A DNA stretch of 64,000 bases from an uncultured Chloroflexia bacterium (lineage in GTDB: Bacteria > Chloroflexota > Anaerolineae > B4-G1 > SLSP01). The stretch's first letter is position 1, and each line of letters starts with the position of its first letter. Shown one piece after another: positions 54,979-64,000 of the stretch. A program made the translations under genes and the position numbers. The notes beneath the pieces were generated by a model. That model had not been told where the DNA came from. It worked only from the letters and a program-made list of their open reading frames with translations, and made no database searches. The DNA is taken from the NCBI GenBank assembly GCA_963751345.1, contig CAVVUS010000019.1:64001-128000 (forward strand), written 5' to 3'.

Positions 54979-56411
54979 ATGGAAGAGATCGTTCGTTCAG
55001 CGGCCTACGTCACGCCCTCCGCCCGCCAGGTCGCCTGGCAGCGGCTGGAGTTCTATGCGTTTGCTCACTTCGGGATGAACACGTTCACGAATCGCGAGTG
55101 GGGCGAGGGGACCGAGGATCCGGCCTGGTTTGCCCCGACGGAACTCGACGCGCGCCAGTGGGTTGGGGTGCTCCGGGACGCCGGGATGCGCGCTCTCATC
55201 CTCACGGCAAAGCATCACGACGGCTTCTGCCTGTGGCCCAGCGCGTATACCGACCACTCGGTCGCATCCAGCCCTTGGCGTGGCGGGAAGGGTGACGTCG
55301 TGGCGGAGGTGGCCGAGGCCTGCCGCACGGGCGGGCTGAAATTCGGGATCTACGTCTCCCCCTGGGACCGGCACGAACCGAGCTACGGGGACAGCCCGCG
55401 CTACAACGCCCACTTTCGGGCGCAGCTTCGCGAGCTGCTCACCGGCTACGGCCCGCTCTTCGCCGTCTGGTTCGACGGCGCGTGCGGCGAGGGCCCGAAC
55501 GGCAAGCGCCAGGTCTACGACTGGGAGAGCTACTACCACACTCATCCGGGAGCTCCAGCCCGACGCCGCGATCAGCATCTGCGGTCCGGACGTGCGGTGG
55601 TGCGGCAATGAGGCGGGGCGCTCGCGGGCCAGCGAGTGGAGTGTGGTGCCCGCCGCGGTCCGCGATCCCGGCAAGATCGCCGAGGAGTCCCAGCAGGCCG
55701 AGGCGGCGCCGCCGATCGACGCACGCGAGGCCGACCTGGGCAGCCGCGAGCGCATCCGCCTCCGCCTCGTCGCAGCCTGATCTGGTATCCCGCGGAGGTC
55801 GATACCAGTATCCGTCCGGGGTGGTTCTACCATCCCGAGGAGGACGACCGGGTGCGGCCGCTGGACGAGTTGCTGGACGTGTACTACGGCGCCGTGGGCG
55901 GCAACGCCACGCTGCTGCTCAACGTGCCTCCGGACCGGCGGGGGCTCATCCACGAGGCTGATGCAGCGCGGCTGCACGATCTCGGCGAGGTGCTGCGCGA
56001 GACGTTCGCTACCGACCTCGCGGCAGGGGCCGTGGCGACGGCGAGCCATACGCGCCAGCCTGAGGCGCGGTTTGGTGCCAAGCAGGTTCTTGATGGCGAT
56101 CCGGATACCTTCTGGACGACGCCTCCCGGCCAGGAGACGGCGACCCTGACGCTCGATTTGCCCGAGCCCCGCCGGTTCAACGTCGCCAACCTGCAGGAGG
56201 CGATCACGCACGGGCAGCGCATCGAGCGTGTGCAGGTGAGCGTGTGGGAGTCCGCAGGGTGGCGCACGGTGGCCGAAGCCACCACCGTCGGTCACCGGCG
56301 GCTGCTGCGCTTCCCGGCCGTTGTGGCGCAGCGCGTGCAGGTCGAGATCCTCGCCTCGCGCGTCGCCCCGACGCTGGCGACCGTGGCCCTCCACCTCGCG
56401 CCGACGTGTAG
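54979..56411 (+). CDS. Alpha-L-fucosidase GH29 with C-terminal F5/8-like module (frameshifted)
   Basis: HFGMNTFTNREWG, LTAKHHDGFCLWPS, YVSPWDRH, WFDGA, SIRPGWFYH, VGGNATLLLNVPP. The end is inferred at the TAG of the first REP. Confidence 0.88.
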
Positions 56412-56708
56412 AGACGCCGCGCGTCGGAACGCGTCCGCGGAGCGTCCGCGCGTCGGAACGCGTCCGGCGGGGCGTCTTCTGCGCGGTCAGTGCGTGCGTC
56501 GGGACGCGCGGCATCCCGCCCTCGCGGAAGACGGGGCACCGCCCCGTCTCTACGGCAGAGCGCGCGGCAGAGACTGCCGCGCGTCGGAACGCGTCCGCGC
56601 GTCGGAGCATGCGCGTCGGACGCGCGGGGGCGTCTTCCGCGCGGTCATTGGGCCGTGGGACGCGGCAGTGCCCGCCTCGCGGAAGACGGGGCGCCGCCCC
56701 GTCTCTAC
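56408..56708. repeat. GTAG REP cluster downstream of the RAYT
   Basis: GTAGAGACG at 56408; AAGACGGGGCACCGCCCCGTCTCTAC ~56528-56553 and a variant ~56683-56708; interspersed CGCGTCGGAACGCGTCC repeats. Confidence 0.8.
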
Positions 56709-56752
56709 GGCAGAGGGCCGTATGACGCCCGGCCGGGGCGCTTCCTGCACTC

Positions 56753-57286
56753 TCACGCGTCACCACGATAGTATCGATCCTCAGACCATTTCCCGGGGTT
56801 TCCGATGATGTAGGCACGAATGCGGTCCAGTTCGTTCTGATCGCGGATAATGTGGTCGTGGAATCGTGGCTGCCACGCGAAGTCAGCTTCGCCCAGGCTG
56901 CGGATCCGCTTGGTACATACTGACTTGATCTGTCCGATGATCGAGCCCAGCGAATCGGCCTGTAGCCGTGCGCCGTCCGGCTCTGGCGGTTCGTCTTCCG
57001 TCTCCAACCGGCGCGCTGCAATGACGAGGATACCGTGGAAGTGGTTGGGCATTACGCGCCACTCATCCAGCTGCACGTACGGGCGCACATATGGGGTTCG
57101 CAACCACTCCTCCACGAGTATCAGACCCAGAGGCGAGACGTAGGCCCGCCCATCCCATATGCGCCCCAAGCAGTTCACGTGATCGCGAGTGCAGAGCGTG
57201 ACGAAGTAGTGAGATGGGGTGGTATAGTCCCAACCGGCCATGCGGGCGCTCTCGGAGCGGTACTTGTCCTGGTAGTAGTGTGCCAT
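56753..57286 (-). mobile_element. REP-associated tyrosine transposase (RAYT/TnpA-REP, Y1 HUH)
   Basis: R.AGWDY..PSHYFVTLCT, VMPNHFHGIL (HUH), WQPRFHDHIIR..ELDRIRAYIIGNP. Flanked by REPs on both sides. Confidence 0.9.
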
Positions 57287-57349
57287 TCTATGCCCTCCTT
57301 GTGCATATGGGCCGCCTATGAGCAGCGGTGATGCGTGCGCCGGATGCAG

Positions 57350-57478
57350 AAGACGGGGCACCGCCCCGTCTCTCAAGCCCGCCGCTGTCGCGAGACGCCG
57401 GCTCGCTCGTTAACATGTTAGCGAGACGCGCGTAGGTCGCCTCGGATTGCGGAAGACGGGGCACCGCCCCGTCTCTAC
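57350..57478. repeat. GTAG REP copies upstream of the RAYT
   Basis: AAGACGGGGCACCGCCCCGTCTC at ~57350 and ~57453. Confidence 0.8.
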
Positions 57479-57532
57479 GCAGAGCCTTGCCGCCGTCGTC
57501 GGAACGCGGACGCGGGGCGTGTTCTGCGCGGC

Positions 57533-58972
57533 TCAGTTGGTGAAGCCGGCCTCGCGCAGCAGCGGTGTGGTGGGTCGCCCGACGACGAGGCCGCCGTTCT
57601 GGACGTAGCCTTCCTCGCGGCCCGTCGAGTTCCTCGATCAGGTGCCGGCGCCATTGGCGGACGATGTCCGGGTGAGCCGGTGCGAGGTCGTGGGTCTCCT
57701 TCGGGTCGTCACCCAGATTGAAGAGCTGCTCTGCGCCTAGCTGCGAGTACCAGATGTACTTCCACACGCCGTCCGTCAGCCATTGGTTCGAGTATTGGCC
57801 CGCGGTGTGTTCTCCGTGGATGTAGGTCGCGCCATGCGGGGGTCTCACCACGACAGAAGGGCAGGACGCTGCGGCCCTCGATGGTTTCCGGGACCGCAAT
57901 GCCGGCGACCTCGCAGAGCGTGGGCAGCACGTCACGCATCTCGATAGGGGCATCCACCGTGGCGTGTTGGAGGCCGCCCATTGACCTCGGCAGGCGGAGC
58001 AGGAAGGGGACGCGCGCAGAGGCGTCGTAGGGCAGGGCCTTGGCCAGCAGGCCATGGTCGTAGAGCATCTCGCCGTGGTCGGAGCAGAAGAGGATCGCGG
58101 TGTTGTCCAACACGCCGTGCGCGTGGAGCGCGTGGATGAGGCGGTTGATCTGGTGGTCGATGAACGTGATCTGGGCGTAGTAGGCGCGGCGCGCGCGGTC
58201 GCGCTGGACGGGATCGAAGGGCGTCGGGCTGTCGACGCCGCGAAGGGGCATCGGGTAGTCCGCGTCCCAATCGCCTGCGACCGGAGGCGGAAGCTCGACC
58301 TGCTCATACATCCGGACGTAGGCCTCGGGAGGATCGAGCGGCGGGTGGGGCCGGTGGTAGGACGCGTAGAGAAAGAAGGGCTTGGTCGGGTCGCGGCGGC
58401 GCAGGAAGTCGACGGATTGGGTGGTGACCCAGGCGGTGGGGTGAAGCATCTCATCGTAGATCCACGGGCGTGTCACGTAGCCATTGCAGCCGATGCCGGT
58501 GTCGGTGTAGTCTGCGGCGGGCCCGTGTGCGGCGCGCAGCCAGGGAAGGTAGTCGTCAACCAGGGTGACGTCCTGGGTGGGCCGGCGCTCGTGGTGCAGG
58601 TAGCCGTCGTGGAGCACGACGTTGTGGAACCCGATGAGGTTTCGGGGTGGGTAGACGTGCATCTTGCCCACGGCCTGCGTGTGGTAGCCGCCCACGGGCC
58701 AACAGGCCGGCCAGCGTGACCTCGTAGGTCCACGGCACGCCGTCTTGATAGCCAACGCGACCGTGGCTGCGCGGCGTGAGGCCGGTGTGGAGCGACGCGC
58801 GCGAGGGGATGCACGTCGGGCAGGCCGCATAGGCCTGGCTGAAGGCGATGCCCTCGGCAAAGAGCCGGTCCAGGTGAGGCGTCTCGGCGGGCGTATTCCC
58901 GGCAAAGCCGAGCGCATCCGCGCGCCACTGGTCGACGTGGATGAACAGAATGTTGGGCTGTGGGGCGGTCAT
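57533..58972 (-). CDS. Arylsulfatase (Cys-type formylglycine sulfatase), frameshifted
   Basis: PNILFIHVDQWR, CIPSRASLHTG (CxPxR), GKMH, RPHPP, SDHGEML, LFNL..DPKE. Confidence 0.88.
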
Positions 58973-59261
58973 AGGTCGGTGACCTCCTTTGGATGGTCTG
59001 TACGGGATATGCTCGTGATGGTAGGCGCCGCCCGGCGCAGGTCAACCCAGCGGTGCGACGCCGGAAGATCGTGGCTCGGGTTCACTGACCTAGTGCTGCT
59101 GCACCGCCCCCGCTCGTCCATGCATCCTCTTTTGCGAGCAGTGCCCTCTCGGCTTTAACGACCTTGTAACAACAGCGTAATCCCTCCCACTGCGATACCA
59201 CCTATACTGGAAGTGTGAGTGAAGACCGGTCCGCGTGACCGACGTCCACCCGGAGGGTTCA

Positions 59262-59607
59262 ATGGCATCGTCTCTATCTGCTCGGCCTAAGGGCGGCCGC
59301 ATACCGGCACCGGCAGCATCCGGATCCGTAGCGGAGCTCGTCGAGGCCCCTGAGTGCCCCGACGTAGGGGGTGCTCCTGCCCGATTGTCGATTGATATCG
59401 AACGTGCTTACACACTGGCAGACCGAGTCCTGGCGCTGGACCAGCCATGGCGCAGCCACTTCATTGAGTATATCGCGCTGCGTGCCAATGCGACTCCAGT
59501 TGGAGGACCGGCCACCCTCCCGCTCTCAGCTCGCAGTGTGGCTGGCAAATCAGGGACTACACCGGCTCATCACGGTTCTCATGCGGACCTGGGACCCTAG
59601 CGCGTGA
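59262..59607 (+). CDS. Small hypothetical protein, 'PWR' domain copy A (frameshift ~59495)
   Basis: LADRVLALDQPWRSHFIEYIA in one frame continues as PPSRSQLAVWLANQGLHRLITVLMRTW in the other. Its TGA overlaps the next GTG. Confidence 0.65.
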
Positions 59608-59849
59608 TCATTGAGATGGCAATTCGCGAAGGGACCAATCCCGCGGAGCGGGCGGCTACAGTGACCGACGGTATCCTGTCACTTGCGGAGCCGTGGCGCA
59701 CCCGGTTCGTGGTCTTGGTCGCGCGTTATGCCGGGGTAGATCGGGTGGCCGAGTCGCCCTCGCGCGAGGACATTATCGCGTGGTTGGAGGATGAAGACGT
59801 CTATGACAAGATCCGGCTCATGTTGAGGACCTGGACTCACTCCGGCTAG
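59604..59849 (+). CDS. Small hypothetical protein, 'PWR' domain copy B
   Basis: VTDGILSLAEPWRTRFVVLVARY...PSREDIIAWLEDEDVYDKIRLMLRTW. Confidence 0.7.
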   Translation: MIIEMAIREGTNPAERAATVTDGILSLAEPWRTRFVVLVARYAGVDRVAESPSREDIIAWLEDEDVYDKIRLMLRTWTHSG

Positions 59850-60023
59850 CAGCGGATCGCGGTCGCGGGCCGTCAGGGAGCCCGGAAAGAGGGACGACGC
59901 GGACGCCGCGCCGTCCCTCTTGTCGTCTTGGCAGGATGGTGCAGTACGATATACTTGTCAGTATCTCAGATATGTGAGCTGCCGTCGTGATGCGATTGCC
60001 TATCATGGAGCTGCAAGTCCGCT

Positions 60024-60566
60024 ATGAGTGACGATGAGTCCCGGCTGATCCGCCAGGCGAAGGCCGGGAACCGAGACGCGTTTGCCGCGTTGTACCGGAG
60101 CTATCACCCGAAAGTCTACCGCTACATCCTCTTCCGGGTCGACAGCGTGGCTACCGCAGAGGACCTCGCCAGCGAGGTCTTCGTGCGCCTCGTGGACCGC
60201 ATCGACCAGTTTGACGAGCGGGGCCGCCCGATCCTGGCGTGGCTCTACACGATCGCCCGGAACCTCGTGTCGGATCACTATCGTCGCGAGGGGCGGGCCG
60301 AGCAGACGGAGCTTCACGATGGGCTGGTCGACGATACCGTAGATCCTTCTCAGGCGGCGCATTACTCGCTCCTGGAAAGCGACCTGGCCATCGCGCTGGG
60401 CCAACTGACCGAGGAGCAGCGCCAAGTCATTATGCTGCGGTTCTTTGAGGATCTCGACAACGCCGCGACGGCTCGCGTGCTTGACAAGAGCGTGGGCGCC
60501 GTCAAGGCGCTGCAGCACCGGGCGTTGGCCGCGCTGGCTCGCTGCCTGGGGACCGGGGAGCCCTGA
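60024..60566 (+). CDS. ECF sigma-70 factor
   Basis: Region 2 AFAALYRSYHPKVYRYI..AEDLASEVF..WLYTIARN; region 4 LTEEQRQVIMLRF..SVGAVKALQHRAL. Confidence 0.93.
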   Translation: MSDDESRLIRQAKAGNRDAFAALYRSYHPKVYRYILFRVDSVATAEDLASEVFVRLVDRIDQFDERGRPILAWLYTIARNLVSDHYRREGRAEQTELHDGLVDDTVDPSQAAHYSLLESDLAIALGQLTEEQRQVIMLRFFEDLDNAATARVLDKSVGAVKALQHRALAALARCLGTGEP

Positions 60567-60666
60567 TAGCTGCTGCGCCGTATCCTTGTGGGTGGAGCGA
60601 CGTTATTCACATTAAGAATGCGTTGGTCTGTCGCTGTACGTGGACGAGGGAGTTTGGGCCGGTGCG

Positions 60667-61767
60667 ATGCTAAGCCTAGATGAAGTGTTGGATGAGTGCT
60701 TGACGCGGTTGGCAAGAGGCGAGCCGTTGAGGTGGGTCGTCGACCGCTATCCCGCGTATGCACGCGAACTCATGCCCCTCCTGGAGATGGCGGAGGAGTT
60801 GTGGCGCGTACGTCTACCGCAGCCGAGCCGCGAAGCCTATGAGGCTGGGCGGGCAGAGATGCTCACGGCCCTGGACCGCAAGGATGCCAAGCGCAGCCGC
60901 CGCAGGTTCGCCTGGGCCGTTTCGTTGGGCGGGGTCGCCCTGGTTGTCCTCATCACGGGCCTGTTCGCCCTGCAGTACCGGCTGCCTTTCGACATCCGCT
61001 TCGGCGCGGGCCCCGACGATCATTCTGCGCAGGTCGCGATGGCTGCGGGCACCGTGCTGCGTCTGCCTGCCCAGGCAACGATTTGGGAGCCGCTGAACGC
61101 AGGCGACACCGTCCTGCCGGGCGAGAGGGTGCAGACCGCGGGAAGTGGTTCGACCGAGCTCCGTTTTGCGGATGGCACCGTGGCGGAGTTGAGCCCGAAC
61201 ACGGAGATTGCCGTGGCCGGTGTGGCGACGACAGAGACCCCCGGGTCGCCGGCTAACGTGATCTACGTGGAGCGGGGTGAGGTGGCCTACGACACTCCGG
61301 AGAGCGAGGGCTCTGCCACACCTCGACGGCACCTCGAGGTCCGTACGGCGTCTGCAGTGGCCGTGCCGGAGACACCCGGACGTTTCTCCATGACGGTGTC
61401 GTCGGCGGGTGCGACGTTGCTGGAAGCTGATACCGGACAGGTTTCCCTCACGAGTGCTTCCGGCGAGATCCAGGTGGTCAAGCCTGGGCACAGCGCCGAA
61501 GTGGCCGCGTCATCTTCGCGGCCTGAGCAGCCGCCGGGGCAGGAGAAGCAGGAGCCGGGACCCGCCGGCTCGGTGGCGACGCCGACGCCCACGCCAAGGG
61601 CTCATCCGTCCCAAGGAACACAGCCGACGCCGAAGCCGTCCCACACACCCAAGCCCACGCATACGCCCAAGCCGTCCCGGGATACGGGCCCTCCGGTGGA
61701 ACCACCGGGGCAATCGGGCCGAGATCACGTGCCACCTGGGCAATCCAACAAAGACAAAGACAAGTGA
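60667..61767 (+). CDS. Putative transmembrane anti-sigma factor with FecR-like extracellular domain and PT/PPGQ tail
   Basis: Cytoplasmic LDEVLDECLTRLARGEPL..RYPAYARELMPLL, one TM helix, FecR-like GERVQTAGSGSTELRFADGTVAELSPNTEI. Directly after the ECF sigma gene. Confidence 0.72.
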   Translation: MLSLDEVLDECLTRLARGEPLRWVVDRYPAYARELMPLLEMAEELWRVRLPQPSREAYEAGRAEMLTALDRKDAKRSRRRFAWAVSLGGVALVVLITGLFALQYRLPFDIRFGAGPDDHSAQVAMAAGTVLRLPAQATIWEPLNAGDTVLPGERVQTAGSGSTELRFADGTVAELSPNTEIAVAGVATTETPGSPANVIYVERGEVAYDTPESEGSATPRRHLEVRTASAVAVPETPGRFSMTVSSAGATLLEADTGQVSLTSASGEIQVVKPGHSAEVAASSSRPEQPPGQEKQEPGPAGSVATPTPTPRAHPSQGTQPTPKPSHTPKPTHTPKPSRDTGPPVEPPGQSGRDHVPPGQSNKDKDK

Positions 61768-61818
61768 AGGATCCGGCAGATGCCCGCAACGCCGGGGTGG
61801 AGTGCCGGATCGACGGCT

Positions 61819-62319
61819 ATGGCTGACTACCTCGTCGACGTACTCGACCAAAGCCTTGGTTGCATGGCACTGGGCGAGCCACTGAGCCAGTGTGTGGTGT
61901 GTAGCCCCGAATACGCAGACCAGCTACTTCCTCTGCTTCAGGTGGCGCAGATCCTGCGGCACTGGGCATCGCTGACGGCACGTGAAGAGGCGTTCGAACG
62001 TGGTTACGCCAGGACCATGGCGGCGGTTGACGCCAGGCTGGACAGCCTCAACCGGCTCCAGGTCGCCAAGGGGTGCCTGGAGCTCACGCCCGAGATGCTC
62101 GGCGCCGACCGTCTGGCCCAGCGTATCCTGGGCCTCGATGAGCCGTGGCGATCTCGGTTCATCGCCTTCGTCCTCTCTCACTGCAGGACCAACGGGGTCG
62201 CGCCGCCCGACGATGGCCTGAGGCAAGAGCTGGTTGCCGGCCTTCTTGACGACGAGCTCTATCCCCTGACCGCAGCGCTATTACAGACGTGGTGTCACGA
62301 CAGAGTCGACCAGGCTTAG
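61819..62319 (+). CDS. Soluble protein: anti-sigma-like N-terminal domain fused to 'PWR' domain copy C
   Basis: LVDVLDQSLGCMALGEPLSQCVVCSPEYADQLLPLLQVA parallels the anti-sigma N-terminus. C-terminal LAQRILGLDEPWRSRFIAFV...LLQTW. Confidence 0.7.
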   Translation: MADYLVDVLDQSLGCMALGEPLSQCVVCSPEYADQLLPLLQVAQILRHWASLTAREEAFERGYARTMAAVDARLDSLNRLQVAKGCLELTPEMLGADRLAQRILGLDEPWRSRFIAFVLSHCRTNGVAPPDDGLRQELVAGLLDDELYPLTAALLQTWCHDRVDQA

Positions 62320-62520
62320 TCGAGCACTTCGTGTGAGAGTTGTTCACCGGATCGGCTGCCTATCCGGTTCCCTGCACTGCGACGTGCTCGCCGAGCTTGC
62401 TTTTTCGGGTCGCCTGCCGATAATGCGTTGCCAGACTCCTGATCAGGGTCACGCGGCGTTGTAGAGACGACGACCGCGGGGGCTGCGTCGCAATACGCAG
62501 CCGAGTCGAAAGGGGGGGCA

Positions 62521-63153
62521 ATGGCACATTGGGAGATGGTTCAGGGCGATGAGCCAATCCGGCTGTTCAAGTCTGACGTGCTGGAGTTCTTCACTCACAT
62601 CCATCCTGCAGTGGTTGTAGCGATCTGGCTTCCGGTGGGGGTCTATGCCCTGGTGCGCGCGATCCTAACGCCGGGCCTGGGTGTGGGCAGCTTGGTTGTG
62701 GGCGTCCTACTGGGCGTCTTCGTGTGGACGCTCACCGAGTACACGGTGCATCGCTTCGTGTTTCACTTTCCTCCGCGCACGCCCCGGCAGGAACGGATCT
62801 CCTTCCTCTTCCACGGTGTGCACCACGCGCAGCCGCGCAGCAAGACGCGGCTGGTCATGCCCCCGGTCGTGAGCGTCCCGCTATCCTTGTTCTTCTATGG
62901 GCTCTTCCGGTTGGTGGTCGGCGTGGCGCTGGGTGCCCCTGCCTGGATCGCGCCGCTCTTTGCCGGGTTCGTCTTCGGGTACCTGACCTACGACATGACA
63001 CACTACGCGACGCACCACTTCCCGATGAAGTGGGGTTATTTCAAGATGGTTCGCCGCCATCATATGCTGCACCACGCGCGTACCCCTGACCGGCGTTTCG
63101 GCGTGAGCTCGCCGCTCTGGGATTACGTGTTTGGCACGGAGCCACAGAGCTAG
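62521..63153 (+). CDS. Fatty acid hydroxylase/sterol desaturase family (FA2H-like)
   Basis: His boxes EYTVHRFVFH, HGVHH, HYATHH, HHMLHH; RLVMPP; FGVSSPLWDYVFGT. Confidence 0.88.
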   Translation: MAHWEMVQGDEPIRLFKSDVLEFFTHIHPAVVVAIWLPVGVYALVRAILTPGLGVGSLVVGVLLGVFVWTLTEYTVHRFVFHFPPRTPRQERISFLFHGVHHAQPRSKTRLVMPPVVSVPLSLFFYGLFRLVVGVALGAPAWIAPLFAGFVFGYLTYDMTHYATHHFPMKWGYFKMVRRHHMLHHARTPDRRFGVSSPLWDYVFGTEPQS

Positions 63154-63238
63154 CACGCAGGCTCGAGACCTTTGGGGTTTCGCCGTCGAGCAGGTGCCTA
63201 CTCGACAAGGAAGCCCCAAAGGTCTTTCATGTAAGGAG

Positions 63239-64000
63239 ATGCATGCACCAACATCACGAGGGTCGCCTGACGGCCCGCGACTGCAAACGCTACATCCGCC
63301 ACGAGTTCACCGCGCCGGAACTGGCGCGGCTGGAGATCGATTTCCGGTTTTCCCCGGAGCGCGTCCACGATATACGCAACTTGCTGACGCTCACTCTCTT
63401 CGATCCCCACGGGTTCAGGGGGGCGGGCCATCGCGGCGGGGCGCATCACCACGTCTCTATCGATACGGCGGCGGCAACGCCGGGATATCTGCCCGGCCGG
63501 CTTCCCGCGGGGCGATGGGTCGTGGAGATCGATACGCACATGATCATGCCGGGCGATCCCGTGGCCTACACCCTCGACGTGACCGCGATAGAACGTGCGG
63601 GGGAGGACGGGGTCGCGCCGGATAGAGAGCCGCCCGTGCGCGGGCCGGCGAAGGGGCCGGCGCGCGGACCCGGTTGGTACCGCGGTGACCTGCACACTCA
63701 CACCGACCACTCGGATGCGGATGACTTCCCCGTCGCGGCCCTTCTGGCGACGGCAGGGCAGGCGGGCTTCGACTTCGTCTTTCTGACAGATCACAACACG
63801 ATCTCCGGCCTGGCGGAGATGGACGCCGCCTCGTCGGAGACGCTGCTCACGGCGGGCGGGATGGAGCTCACCACGTACTGGGGCCACGCGCTCTGCCTGG
63901 GAACGCGCGACTGGGTGGATTGGCGGGCCGGCCCGGGTACGGGCGAGCTGCCCCGCACGGCGGCGGAGCTCTATGCCCGGGGCCAGGTCTTTGTGATCGC
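63239..64000 (+). CDS. CehA/McbA-like PHP-domain metallohydrolase (frameshifted, runs off the window)
   Basis: AAGGAG RBS; WYRGDLHTHTDHSD, FVFLTDHNT, GMELTTYWGHA. Confidence 0.78.

Noticed and set aside
60579-60605. Possible ECF promoter GTATCC-N15-CGTT before the anti-sigma gene
   Set aside because: A single weak match with no convincing second copy upstream of the other module genes.
223-63887. Numerous long overlapping ORFs in alternative frames (e.g. 5249..6652, 28211..30100, 36026..37318, 54997..57021)
   Set aside because: These are shadow ORFs expected at high GC. They are Arg/Pro/Gly-rich, lack motifs and overlap well-supported genes.
1-64000. Many split genes as pseudogenes or programmed frameshifts
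   Set aside because: Single-base indels are scattered over unrelated genes with homology continuing across each break, as expected from long-read error. The Agd3-like gene is the most affected and needs read polishing before real decay can be excluded.
1-64000. rRNA, tRNA or riboswitch genes
   Set aside because: None recognisable by eye. An Infernal/Rfam and tRNAscan run would be needed to exclude them formally.

Overview
GC-rich bacterial chromosomal window, probably Chloroflexota/Anaerolineae. This is an inference from the Y/F-L/V-P-L-x-x-R motifs, Pro/Thr linkers, a Tad locus with no secretin and the REP repertoire. Many genes carry single-base frameshifts typical of an unpolished long-read assembly, so several CDS below are stitched across ORF-track fragments. 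In order, the window holds: a TetR-controlled ABC-2 exporter with a perfect palindromic operator; an enolase-superfamily dehydratase; a large GH125/GH15-like hydrolase; a flavoprotein disulfide reductase; a hybrid PAS kinase; a 13-kb Pel/galactosaminogalactan-like exopolysaccharide locus (Agd3-like deacetylase, PelF-like GT4, membrane protein, nucleotide-sugar enzymes, four GH114/PelA-like domains); an M23-PKD peptidase; a sialidase-like protein; DUF1576; a deleted GNAT; an MBL-fold hydrolase; an orphan glycyl radical enzyme; a 6 x 105-bp REP-doublet tandem array; a 14-kb Tad pilus operon with a DnaB-like ATPase, a TPR/TolB-like protein and tandem intact plus decayed tadE/tadG cassettes; an FG-GAP protein; a GH29 fucosidase; a RAYT transposase flanked by its GTAG REPs; an arylsulfatase; an ECF sigma/anti-sigma pair surrounded by three copies of an unrecognised ~65-aa 'PWR..F...TW' domain; a fatty-acid hydroxylase; and a partial PHP-family hydrolase. 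The best candidates for undescribed systems are the ECF/'PWR' module and the DnaB-like-ATPase-containing Tad operon with variable TadG cassettes.
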